DNA of 48,345 nt from positions 33,553,968 to 33,602,312 of the forward strand of contig NC_057718.1 of assembly GCF_004010195.1 (NCBI RefSeq), given 5' to 3'. Position numbers and translations under genes: made by a program. Of the stretch, positions 35,531 through 48,191 are shown in pieces. The notes under the pieces were generated by a model. That model had not been told where the DNA came from. It did no database searches and saw only the letters and a program-made list of their open reading frames with translations. Source of the DNA: Chiloscyllium plagiosum. Taxonomy: Eukaryota. Within the stretch, counting starts at the first letter, position 1; each line of letters starts with the position of its first letter.

Positions 35531-38355
35531 TTGAGTTCATATGTGACAGAAATTTAAAAGTGTTACAAATACTTTAAGCAAGGTACAGGCCAATATCCAA
35601 TTCAACAATTCACGCACTGCTGTACACATTCTTTCTAGTGATGCATGAACTAGTTTGACTTTGACTCAGAACGCTCAATTTGTTTTTAGTTCAATGAGGT
35701 ACATTCTTAGAATTTCTAATTTGGATGTTGATTTAAGCTACTGGAAATGTTGACGAATGAAAGCCCTCACAGTACAAGTAATTGTTATATCGTCATGAAG
35801 GTTCATTCCATACTGAACATTTAGACTTTGTGACATAGTAGGACAAGTAAATATTACCCTACAGTAACCTCTCAGGGTTTCATAAATCAATGCTCTCACA
35901 CAAAACTTCAAACTCCAATGAAGGGTTCCTTGTTGATCTTTTAAAAACTCCTTCATTGCATTACATACTCTGCCAATTACTTCACCATTCCACAGATTCC
36001 AATAGCAACTTCATACAGATAAAAGGATTGCTACAAGAAAATATTCCTCTTCATCTGTCAAAAAGGACCCTGCTATTTTATTGAAAATGTAGATGATGCA
36101 AAACATTCAACATTGTTTGACTTGTGTATTAATTCCCAAGTGTATGAATTGTAGTCAGGATTGTGCCAGTCTCTATTCTCTACTGCAGTGTGCAACTTGA
36201 TTATTAATTTTTGTACAAGATATGCCATAGTTTTTATTGTTTAGTTTCACCTTTGAAGACAAATTAAGTTGCAGTCACAGGGATAGAGTATTCCCATCCA
36301 TGTGGAGGTGGCTTGCGGGATGGGGGGATACATGGGGGCAAAGTTGCACTAAGTAGTAGGATCACATCTCTATGCTTCTTCGCATCACTTGCTCGGGTGG
36401 GAGCGCAATTGTGACAGTAATCCATCTGGCAAAAGAGGGAATTCATTTAACCGAGAAGCCAGTTTACTTTGATTATTGCAATAGCACAGCAATTTTACTC
36501 AAAGCTGAATTCAACATTCACACTGACTGGAGGAGGTTGCTGGTAATCAAGCCCCACTACTCTGCTTGATGCACCCATTAGTACTAATGTAATAATTTAA
36601 TCATTAAAATGGTGAATTGCTTTTTTTTTGTAATACTATTCAGATTAAAAGAGACTGTCACCAATCTTTTTTAATGAACTCGCAATAATCCATTTATTAT
36701 AACAGTAATCTTATTCTTAAAACAAGTGGCATACACTCAACATGAACCTAATTGATCTATGCTGAACTACAGACTGGAATTAGAACTGATATCCATGATC
36801 CTAAACACAGACACACTCACACAATGTAAAAGATAACAATCTGCAGAGATGATGTGATTTAAAAAAAACGGCAAAAGGAAAAACATCCTTGTTGGCTAAG
36901 CAACTGAAAACAAAAGATAAAATGTGCTTAGTTCTCATGATCCACTGGGTCTTCTGGTGATGAAATTGGACCTCTGTCAGATGTAGATTGATGGATGATC
37001 TTCAGTTCATATTGAAATTAAGCTAATTTAAGTGTTTGGAAAGTGACCATTATTTATCCCTCAAGGGTTCATCAGATAGTCAGAAATACTGATTTTTGGA
37101 AACTTTAATTCCCAGAATCTTGATCCTAGAGAGGGAGAGACATTTGTAGCTCCTGGTGTTTCTTCCTTACTGACTACTTTGAAGAAAACAAAATCCAGAA
37201 AGGATTGCAAGGCAACCATTGGAATACAGGACCCATAGTCTTTTCAAAACCAGATTTTCCAGCAAATAAGTGCCATAAACCCTATTGCTTATCTCCCTTA
37301 AAACCTAGCTCACCTTTTCTCCAAAGTCAGAGTCATAGAGATGTACAGCATGGAAACAGACCCTTTGGTTCAAACTTGTCCAGGCTGAAACCAATAAACA
37401 GCAGGCAAACCACAATACTCATTAAACTCCTGACTTGAGTTCCAAGGAACCACTTGGAAAACCTTTTCAAATTATACAATATACAAAAAATTCCATATGT
37501 TTCAGTTTTTCACATAGTCCTCAAATATAAATCTGCACTCAACTCTAAACATTAAAATATTAGCTATTACTTAGAACCATTAAAAGCACTTAGAGCTTTC
37601 CAGTATGCAGAATGCATGTATTAAATGATCGTTCATTTAAGCCTTGAAGGCAGCCATGATTGGCTTGTACAGTATTGAATAAGATTAAGAAGTTGATTCC
37701 AATAAAATAAACATGACTGTTGGAATACAATTATATTTTGTTATGGGGTGATAAGATGTGCATTTGCATTTTGAAAATACACTCGTTTTGAAAGCTTCCA
37801 AACTTTGCTTGATTTCTATTGGATGAACTTACCTTCCCAGAGAGGTGAAGAGACAGAGAGGTATTTGGTTCAACCATTACTGCAAAATCCAGGTAAGAGG
37901 AAACAGTAGTACAGATATTTAAAAGTCTTTTTAAATGATTCATTATAAAATTCCAGCAAATACATTGCTACTTATTGCAATTATCAGGATTGAAAGTTAG
38001 AATTTACTAAAATCCAAGGAACTGAACATTTGCAAATTGTAAAGTTTCCTCCATTTAGAACAATGCTCACCAGAAATCAAAAATAAACTTTAAGGAGTGA
38101 TTTGCCATAATTTGAGCCAGTTTCACAGACCATGATGACAACATGATAAGGCAATCATGTGACTGTGGAAATCAAAGCCTTTGTAGTTCCAGAATAAACA
38201 TAGATCTTTTATCTACACATTATATCGCTTCCTTTACGATGTAAAAAAAAAATCATCAAATACAGTCACTAAATGTTGAGCTGTACAGTTTATATTCGTA
38301 ACTCCTTGTTATAGGGCCAATTATCAGGATTGAAAGTTAGAATTTACTGAAATCC

Positions 38356-41300
38356 AAGGATGTTAAATTAATATATTGTTAAAAGTGAAATTAAGAAGGC
38401 AGAAATTACTGTACACTTTGGTAGGAATGACATTTTTGGGGAAAAGATTAAAGCAGTACATAGTCAATTAAGAGGTTAGGTCAAAGATATATTAAAAAAA
38501 AAGAATCTTAAAAGAGTAGTTTGTGGTTTACTCCCAATGCCAAACTCAAACAAAAGAAGGAACAGAAGATTACGAGGAGATAAATCAATGGCTGAACAGC
38601 TGATGAATGATTCAGGGATTCAAGGTTTTGGACAACTGGAATGCTTTTTGGGAAAAGACCTGTTCAAAAAAGGATGGGTTTAACCTAAACTGGAAAGATT
38701 AGCAATATCTTAACAGGGAGATTTGCTCATTGCATTAAGAGAGACCTTATACTGTTAAAGCAACTGGAGGGTGGCGGGGTGGTTGGTGGAGGAATTCTTA
38801 GTAGCAGTGTAAACAGAAGGATTGATGGGGAGGGTTCAGAATGTGAGGAGAAAATGCCAATTATAAAAGACAAGCGAGAGTCAGAGTATGTAGTAATGCT
38901 GAAGAACTAAATTGCATTTATTTCAATGCAAGAAATCTTAGAGGTAAGGCTGATGAACTCAGGACATGTTTAAGAATATGGGATTGGACATCATAACTAT
39001 TACAGACACTTGGCTGAGAGATGGACAAGACTGGCAGCTCAATGTTCCAGGTTTTAGATGCAATAGGAAGGGTAGAAAAGGAGGTAACAAAGGAAGGTGG
39101 GGGAGGGGGGTAGGATTTGTGGGGAGGCAGTCATTTTTGATTAAAGAATACATTTTGCTGTAATTAGGAGCATACTTCTGAAAAATCATCCACTGAAAAT
39201 ATGTGGGTAGAAATTACAAATAAGCAAGGAAAGGTCACTTTGATGGGGTCATACAATAAGCCCCCCTATAGGAAGAGGGAAATTGAGAAACAAATATGTA
39301 CGGAGATCAAAGATATATGTAAGCATAATAAGGTTGTAATAATGGGGAGTTTTAATTTTCCAAACATTGACTGGGCTACTATAGTGTTAAAGGTTTGGAT
39401 GGTGAAGAATTTGTCAAACGCGTTCAAGAAAATTTTCTTTATCAATATGTAGATACTCCCATTAGAGAGTCAATAAGCCAGGGCAGGCGACTAATGTAAA
39501 AGTGGGAGAACACTTTGGGCTAGCAATCATAATTCCATTAGTTTAAAAATGTTTATGGAAATGGATAAGCCTACCATAAAAGTTAAAGGTTTTAATTGGA
39601 GTAAAGCAAATTTTAATGGTATGAGACAAGAACTTTCAAAAGTTGAATGGAGTAGACGGTTTGCAGGTAAAAGGACGTCTGACAAGTGGGAGATATTCAA
39701 GAGAGTGGTGACAAGAGTTCAGAGGCATTGAGTTCCTGTTAGAGTGAAGGGTAAGGCTGGTAAGATTAAGGAACAATGGTTGAATAAAAATATTGAGGTT
39801 TTAGTAAAGAATAAAAGAGAATCTTATTTTAGATATGGACAACTTGGCTCAATTGAATCGCTTAATCAATATAAAGAGTGGAGGGGTATTCTTAAGAGAG
39901 AAATCAGTGAGGCAAAGAAGGGATATGAGATAGCATTGGATTATCCTTGACCTTATCTGCCAAAGAGATTCTACAATTACATTAAGGGCAAGAAGGTAAC
40001 TAGAGACAGTGTAGGGCCTCTTATAGATCAAGGAGGTCATCTTTGTGTTGAATCTCAAGAAATAGGAGAAATAAATGAATATTTTGCATCACTTTTTACT
40101 GTGGAGATGTTTTAAAAACAGCTCACAATACAGAAGAGGAAGTTCCAGAGGACTTAGAGAATATAAAGATGGATATATTTCCGGGACTTGATCTGATGTA
40201 TCCCAGAAGGTTATGGGAAGAAAGAGAGGAAATTACAAGACCCCTTGCAGAAATGTTTGCATCATCTATAATTACAGGAGAGGTGCCTGATGACTGGGCA
40301 GTGGCTAATGTTGTAACTTTGTTTAAGAAAGGTTGTAAGGAGGAACTGGTGAACTATAGACCAGTGCGTTTGACTTTGGTTGTGGGTAAACCATTGGAGA
40401 GGATTCTAAAAGAAGATTTATGGACATTTAGAGAGGCAAAAATAGATTGAGGATTTTCAACATGGTACTGTATGAGGAAAATAGTGCCTCACAAACTTGA
40501 TTGAGTTTTTTGAGGAAGGTACCAAAAAGATTGATGATGGCAGACCACTAGAAGTTGATTATTTGGATTTTAGTAAAGCCTTTGACAAGGTTCTGCATGG
40601 TGGCCTAATTGGTAAAGTTACGTCACATGGGATTCAGGGTGAGCTTGCCAATTGGATACATAATTGGCTTAATGGTAGAGACAGAGAGTAATGGTAGAGG
40701 ATTGCTTTTCAGACTGGAGGCCTGTGACCAGTGGTGTTCCACAGGGATCAGCTGTGGTTCCTCTTTTGTTTGTCATTTATCTAAATGATTTGGATGAGAA
40801 TATAGAAGGCACGGTTAGTAAGTTTGCGGACGACACCAAAACTGGTGGCATAGTAGACGGTGGAGAAGGTTTACTAAGATTACAAAAGGATCTTGAACAA
40901 ATAGGTCAATGGGCTGAAAAATGGCAGATGAAGTTCAATCTGGACAAATGAAACGTATTGCACGTTGATACAACAAATAAATGTACGGCTTATACAATTA
41001 ATGGTCGGGCCTTGGGAAGTGTTATAGGACAGAGGGATCTAGGTCTGCAGGAAGATAATTTTTGGAAGTTTGCATCACACATAGACAAGGTGGTGGTTAA
41101 AAAGACATTTGGCACACTTGCCTTCATTGCTCGGTCCTTTGAGTATAGGAGTTGAGAAGTCATGCTGAGGTTGTATATGACATTGGTGAGGCCTCTTCTG
41201 GAATATTGTGTCCAGTTATGGTTGCCCAGTTTTAGGAAAGATATTTTCAAGCTGGTGAGGGTTCAAAAGAGATTTACCATGATGCTGCCTGTAAGGAAGG

Positions 41301-41738
41301 TTTGAGTTATAAAGACAGGCTGGCTAGGCTGGGACTTTTTTCACTGGAACGTAAGATATTGAGAGGTGATCTGATAGAAGTTTATAAGATAATGAGAGGT
41401 ATGTAGAGTTAATGGTAGTTATCTTTTCCCTAGCATGGGGGATTTCAAGACTAGGGAGCACATCTTTAAGGTGAGAATAGAGAGATTTTAAAAAAAGACA
41501 TAAGAGGCAAATTTTTTTTTTTAATGCAAAGGGTGGTTCGCGTGTGAACTTCCTGAGAAAGTGGTGGACGCAGGTACAATTACAATGTTTCAAAGAGATT
41601 TGGATAGTTACATGAACAGGAAATGTTTGGAGGGATATGGGTCAGGAGCAGGCAGGTGGAACTGTTTTAGTTTGGGATTACGTTCAGCAGAGACTGGTTG
41701 GACTGAAGGGTCCGTTTCTGTGCTGTATGACTATGACT
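38356..41738 (+). mobile_element. Long decayed CR1 LINE: ORF1 SGNH-esterase remnant, ORF2 (APE endonuclease and RT) and 3' tail
   Basis: ORF1 remnants VHFGRNDI and GLLPMP; ORF2 motifs YFNARNL, DIITITDTWL, MGSFNFPNIDW, NYRPVRLT, YLDFSKAFDKV, VPQGS, KFADDTK; tail gactatgact; many stops and frameshifts. Confidence 0.95.
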
Positions 41739-42559
41739 GCAAGATGCTATTTTAACATCACCACACGTGATATGAATTATGTATGAATCAACAAAAACGT
41801 TGCTGTGTTTGGAAAGCATTGGCTGTCTCCAGCACTACTTCTGATGTCTCTTTCTAGCCACATGCAATATTCTGCACATTTTGCTTTGCTAGAAAATGCA
41901 TTTATTTCCTATAGCTAAGTGATGCTATAGGCTACTAAACTACCACTGACAATTAAATCAATCACAGAATATAATGAAACAAACAATGGGTAATTACATT
42001 GTGCGTTGTGGTACTGGGCCTCACTACCCCTGACCTGCATGGAGTTAATTGATCTAACCCATTTTAGCAGTTTCACAAGTCATTTCAGCAATCCAGCCAA
42101 AAGAAACTCTCAAATAATTTCTGCTTTCAATTACTATCCTACGACCCTGCTAGAGAGTGCATAAAATAGATGTCTGGTAAGAGCACAATTAGGGTCAACT
42201 CTGATGTTAAGATATCAATCCAGCCTCCCCAGACTGAGCAAATCCCTTTTATCTCAAAGTCCCTTTGTGAATCCACTCTCTGTTAGTGCAAATATGTGTA
42301 AAAAGATAAATAACAAAGATTAAACCCTTTCCTTTGAGTTAAAATATCATTTCCTGAATGTATTTAAAACAGTTCATTACAGCTTTCTGTCAGAGACAAT
42401 GATGGCACAATGTTGTACATAGGTACAATAGTTTCTGTTGGCTTACAGGCCGCCAGTTTAAGAAGCTGAACTGAACAGAATAGAGTCAATTATGTCATGG
42501 AGTACTCCCATGTCAGAGGGTCTAGGATTGAGACATTAACACTCATTGTCTTAAGAATA

Positions 42560-43065
42560 TTTCTTTTTCATCTATTCATAGACCAACATCTATTGCAATC
42601 ACTTAACTGCCCTCAAGAAAATGATTATGAGTGACTATCTTGAGTAGCCAAAAAAGTCCATGTTGCGTTAGGTACATTCACAGTGCTGTTCGGAAAGGAG
42701 ATTCAGGAATTTGATCTAGTGTTGGTGAAGAAAGAGTGATTTTTTTCTTGAAAAAAATCATTTATGTGATGTGGATGGCACTGGCTGGGTCAGCATTAAT
42801 AGCCCATCTTTAGTTGTCCTTGAGAAGGTGGCAGTGATAACTGCCTTCTTAAACTGCTGCAGTCCATTTACTGTAGACAATTCTACATGTTATTAGGAAG
42901 GGAGTTCTAGGATTTTGACCCAGTGAGCTACAAGTACAAGTTCGAAGACTGGATGTTGTGCGACTTGGTGGGGCATGTTACTAGGTAACTGCTTCCCTTA
43001 TCCTTCTTGGCGGTAGAGGTCACTAGTTTAGGAGAAGCTGTTGAAGGAGTCTTGGTGAGTTCTCA
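42560..43065 (-). mobile_element. Two tandem decayed LINE 3' ends that share their tail with the adjacent SINE
   Basis: 42570-42740 and 42758-42930 are similar to each other; ggcactggctgggtcagcattaatagcccatc resembles the SINE tail at 43280-43320. Confidence 0.55.
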
Positions 43066-43070
43066 ATACT

Positions 43071-43900
43071 TAATTCATTCATGGGACATGCGTGCAGGCA
43101 TTGCTGGCTAGGCCAATGTCCCATGAATGAATTAAATATTATCCTCTAAGGAAAGAAATCTGTTGTTGTTTCCTGATCTGGCCAAATGCAAGTCAAGAAT
43201 TGCTGTGTATCTGGAGTGTCATCTGAAATGGTCCTAGCAAGCCAGTCAATCAAGTAGAAATTGGGAATAGTAATAAATCCAGGCATTGCTGGCTAGGCCA
43301 ATTGCCATTCCCAATTTCTACTTGAATTGATTGGCTCACTAGGGCCATTGGAGATGACATTTAAGAATTAACCACATTGCTGTGGGTCTGGAGTTACATT
43401 TGGCCAGATCAAGAAACAACAGATTTCCTTCCCTAGAGGATAATATGAACCATGATGGGATTTATTGCTACCAGGGTAGCTTTTTAATTCCATATTTACA
43501 CAGACTCAAATTTCATCGTCTGCCATGGTGGGATTTGAACCCATTTCCCCAAAGCCTGAGTCTCTAGATTACTAGAGGGTGGCACGGTGGCACAGTGGTT
43601 AGCACTGCTGCCTCACAGCGCCAGAGACCCGGGTTCAATTCCCGCCTCAGGCGACTGACTGTGTGGAGTTTGCACATTCTCCCCGTGTCTGCGTGGGTTT
43701 CCTCCGGGTGCTCCGGTTTCCTCCCACAGTCCAAAAATGTGCAGGTCAGGTGAATTGGCCATGCTAAATTTCCCGTAGTGTTAGGTAAGGGGTAAATGTA
43801 GGGGTATGGGTGGGTTGCGCTTCGGTGGGTCGGTGTGGACTTGTTGGGCCGAAGGGCTTGTTTCCACACTGTAAGTAATCTAGTCTAGTGACTATGCCGC
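43071..43900 (-). mobile_element. Rearranged Deu-type (SacSINE1-like) SINE with an HE1 inserted in its head
   Basis: Head ccatggtgggatttgaaccc...ctagattactag (similar head at 5205-5290); body ccacattgctgtgggtctggag...gatttccttccct; family name from recall. Confidence 0.6.
43581..43883 (+). mobile_element. Young full-length HE1-type V-SINE
   Basis: Intact A-box tggcacagtggtt, B-box ggttcaattcc, V-domain, CpG-rich, CR1-like tail. Confidence 0.96.
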
Positions 43901-44323
43901 TGTTTCCTCTTGGAGGGTCAAGGAAGGAAAAGTTAACATGCCATTCAATAGAAGATTGCTCTAATTTTCAGCAGAAAAATGATCAGAACTCATTATTACA
44001 TCTAAAACAAGTTAAATTTTATTGTCAGTCAGTACCATGATTTACCTATTCAACTGGCACACTGACCATGGATAATATATGTTACCAAATGGTAACTTGT
44101 ATCATTATTTAAAGGGATGATAAAGAACAATCAGGCAAAGTTGAAAGCAGATTTGGCAATGCATATCAATAATTATTTCTGGACTTTTGAGTATTAAATG
44201 TCTTGATAGGTTATGATCTTTACATTTCCTGGTTTGTTTATAACTGCTCCTTCATTTGCCTTTCCCATGATCTTTTCAGCCCTGTTTTCTTTAAGGTGGT
44301 GTTGCTGGAGACTCACATCAGTC

Positions 44324-44352
<29 letters not shown>
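44324..44352 (+). repeat. (TA)n(CA)n microsatellite
   Basis: tatatat followed by (ac)11. Confidence 0.95.
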
Positions 44353-44356
<4 letters not shown>

Positions 44357-44979
44357 CCTGATTTCACCACTTCCAACTGACTAGTTGCATATAAACAACA
44401 AGATTAGCACTGGCAGTTTGCCTGTTCTATGTGAATAAGGCACACCCATGAAAATTGATGGGGCCTGTCGCCAACAGCCGTCCAGGTGGAGTAACGGTCC
44501 TGCCCACTAACCATTTGATGTGTGCCAGATATAGAATTAATCTCAAATGAATTTAGTCTACAATTGTAATCTGCTGTCACACATACCTTGCCTGGTCACC
44601 AAAAAATAACAATTTGATCACATTTGTTCTTGAACACAAGTTCTAGTTGCTTCTCCATGCGACAGTGCAGATGTTTATATATAAAAAACTTTTCATGTTG
44701 TCCATTCTTCTGAGACAAAGTTTTGTTTTGGCTACAGCTACTTGAAGTTTATTTAAAAGCACATTTATCCTATCCACCCTATTCTGTTAAAAATATATAG
44801 TAGAAGCTCTCTCCCAAATGGTACAGTTTGAAAGCTTTGCTTCCACATGCTGCTATGTCTCAGAGGGGAGTCAGCCCATGTTATATGAGAGAGAGAAAGA
44901 AAAAAAATTGCCATTATTAGGATGACCTTTCTCACCGATGAAGTGCTCATCCTTATAGATCATTTTAATGGAGATAAAG

Positions 44980-45680
44980 TAAGAAATTGCTGGAATCTCA
45001 GCAGGTCTGGCAGGATCAGTGGAAAAAAAGCAGTTAACATTTTGGGTACAGTGACCCTTCTTCAGAACTGATTGTAGCTAAGAAAAGGTTGGTGTATATA
45101 CTAGAGGAAGAGTTGGGAGGGAGTGGGGGAAAGAGTAAATGATAGGTGGAGATGGAGCCCAGTGAGAGAGAACAGTTGGGCACATAAAGAAATGGTTAAG
45201 GGTCAGCCTGGGAAAATGAATAGCTGCTAATGGGGACTGTTAGTGACTGACATGGGAGAAGGTGCTCAGGTCCTAAAAAGTAATTGAACTCAATATTGGG
45301 TCCAGAAAGTTGCCTTCTCCCATGTCCTTAGCACACATCAGGCCTCATCAGCACAAGGACTGCTAACAAAAACAAACCACTGTCAGCCACTAATGGTCCC
45401 CATTAACAACTATTGATTCTCCCATATAGTCCTTTACCCATTCCTTCATCTGCCCAACTGTTTATCTCTCGGTTTTATCTCCACCTATCATTTACTTCTC
45501 CCCTGCTCTTCTCTATTATAAATACCAACCCTTTTCTAGCTACCATCAGTTCTGAAGAAGGATCACTGGACCTGAAATATTAATTCTGTTTTTTTCTCTC
45601 CACAGATGCTGCCAGATTTGCTGAGTTTATCCAACAATTTCTGTTTTTGTCTCTGATTTCCAGCATCTGCAGTTCTTTGG
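44980..45680. mobile_element. Penelope 3'-end remnant with long inverted terminal repeats (third family) and two opposed hammerhead cores
   Basis: Arms about 44980-45250 and 45375-45650 are reverse complements; centre has an endonuclease C-terminal remnant (ttgaactcaatattgggtccag); cores at 45032-45069 (-) and 45548-45585 (+). Confidence 0.8.
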
Positions 45681-48191
45681 GTTTTTTTTCGTTAGTGTTG
45701 ATGCTGGGTTTTAGTATGCATTCCTGACCTAGCAAAGATAATATATGGAATAGTCTTAGATATCAAAAGCAAAAAAAAGATGAAAATTGTGGACATAAGA
45801 CATGACAATGAGTATGGCATTCTATACCATCCCACCAGGATTTTAAATCCATCAGAATGATTCAATTTGAGTTGAGTACCTGCAAGAGAAAGAACTCAAC
45901 TTCAAACTGTTGCCATTTTCTTGCTAAATTTAAAGATCCAGTGAAATATTGTAAAAATATATTTATGTAATTTTTCACTTTGTTAAGAAAAATACTGCAA
46001 TGATTTTAAAAAGTGCTAAACATTGTTTTTAAGTTGCCCATTTGGACTCATTCTGTTTTAACATTTGTCCATTTAATAGGCCTGTTTTTTTGTTTAGCTG
46101 TTTTAAAGCTATTTCACCATGGTTCTGAAATACAACTGCAAGACTGGCTCAGAATTAAATTTGGAGATAAGTCTGTTCCATGTGTCTGTCTCACTGCTGT
46201 CCTCTGCCATTCCCTCTCGCTACATCTTTAACTCATGGATTTTGCCACTCCCTGACAATGCCTCTTCCGATCTCTCCAGCTCATGGCTGACTTCTTGCAA
46301 ATCAAAGCTGCACTTAGATACTCTCATGCTCAGAGCTCACTCATAGTGAGAGGGCTGTGCTGAGTTGGATAGCCTAAGAATAGGAGGTCAGGCAAGAACA
46401 GTCCAAGACACCCAAGGTTTCTGGAAATGGCAAAACCTTGAAAACGGAGGGATGACAGTGAGAAGGAGAATCAGACATCATAAAGTTGAGGGTTGGGAAG
46501 TTCAGCAATGTAGAATAAGTGGTTTATTGAACCTTTGCTCTTAGAATAGTATGTGCAAAGGGTGCTATATTAAAGTGATGTCACATTATGGGGACTAGGA
46601 TCAGAGTCTGTAAGGCACCAACAGGATGTCCCTACTTACCATGCCATGCCGTTGAAAGCCTTTTAATGTTCAATTCTGAGAGTATAGACCTCAAGTTCAA
46701 CCAGCAAGAAGGGATGGTCAGGAAGCAGCAAAGGCTGAAATGAGGAGGTTTGCCAGTGACAGGGAAGGATGGAATGTGGCACAGTCCACAAGCTGAAGTG
46801 TTAGCAAGAGGAAGAATCACAATAACAAGGAGGACAAGGGAGTGAGATACAGTATACAGTATAGCGAGCAGTAGGTTTGGTGAACTGGATTGGCAGTGAG
46901 CAGGAGATAAGTGTTAGCATATTTTCTTTTATATTTTAAAATTTATTTTGTTCTTAGAGTTAATTTACCAGTGTAAGAATTTAGCAATATAAAGTATGAC
47001 AATTTGTAACACATAACGTATTTATTTTTCTTTCCTGATGAGAAATGTTCCTGCAGAAACTGTAGTTTTTACACTTATTTTAATGGAAAAACCTTAAGTT
47101 GTTCACTTAATGTTGCACATTTAAAGGAACTTGACTACAACTTCATACAACATCGGTGTATTTTTGTAAATGTGTGTTTACTTGAAGGAAACTAAGTGAA
47201 AGGCCATTCCTGTATTTATTGCTAAGTTGTCAACTGTTTTGACAAAAAAAAACTTGTTTGGGAAACAAAGGCTGATTATGTATTTGCCGTAGCCTGGGAT
47301 ATTGAGTAATTATCCACCCACCCACCTCCTTGGATGTTACCCAGGCATCAGCAATTCGTCAAATAAACTAACCTTGCATCTTCTCCCTGTGAGTTCAAAG
47401 AATTCATTACTAGTGCAAAATATTATTTCGCTCTCAAGCATTCTTCCCAAGTTGAAAACGCAAATCCATGAACAACATGTGAACCATAATTTTAATTAAA
47501 AAAATATGAATCACATATGACTTCTGTATTTTTGTTACAAAGCATTAAATCATTTTAAACATTTCCACATCCTCTGTTAGGACTATTGCAGCCTCTGGGC
47601 TAGGTCATTGAATCTCAAGATACATTTATGTCATTTCCTACCCTAGAGACAATAAACAACAGTCTGATTAATTATCTAAAAATGAGGTCAACGGTCTTTG
47701 TGTAATTGCCTGAATTTCTGAATTAACTCAAATTTTGTTTTCATATAACATACCAACTCATAATATTGAAAAGTTTTTAATGTTGAGTTGCCTGAACTAA
47801 CGTCTTGTTTTGATACAAAATACACTGGTGTTGAAAGGAAAAGACATTTTGTTTTTATGCTCTTAGTCATTGATGTTTTTATAGCACACATTAAATTACA
47901 TCCATTTAATATTTTTTATATTTAGAAACAGATATAGTAAGACATTTAACAAATTAACAATTTAAGCGATAAAGCTTACAAAGATGTAATTCAAACTATA
48001 AACACACTCCATTTATACCTATCTGCCTTTAAATCATTACGGTCCTTGCAATGGTTTAGCTTCTGTAATATTACACAAACCTAGATTTTTATACTTGACG
48101 CATGTGCACAAAGGTGGGAAATCACCTGGCTCACTGAATTCAGCTCACATAGAAATGACCTGAATAGCACAGGTGGGGAGCACAGGACAGA

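Noticed and set aside
37978..38360. CRISPR-like repeat array
   Set aside because: Only two copies 340 bp apart, in a vertebrate intron with no cas genes.
38356..41738. Active or domesticated reverse transcriptase gene
   Set aside because: Many stops and frameshifts; a dead CR1 copy.
46639..46735. Exon-like segment with ATG|GTAAGT donor on the minus strand
   Set aside because: No PLEKHH2 similarity, and it sits in what looks like decayed LINE sequence.
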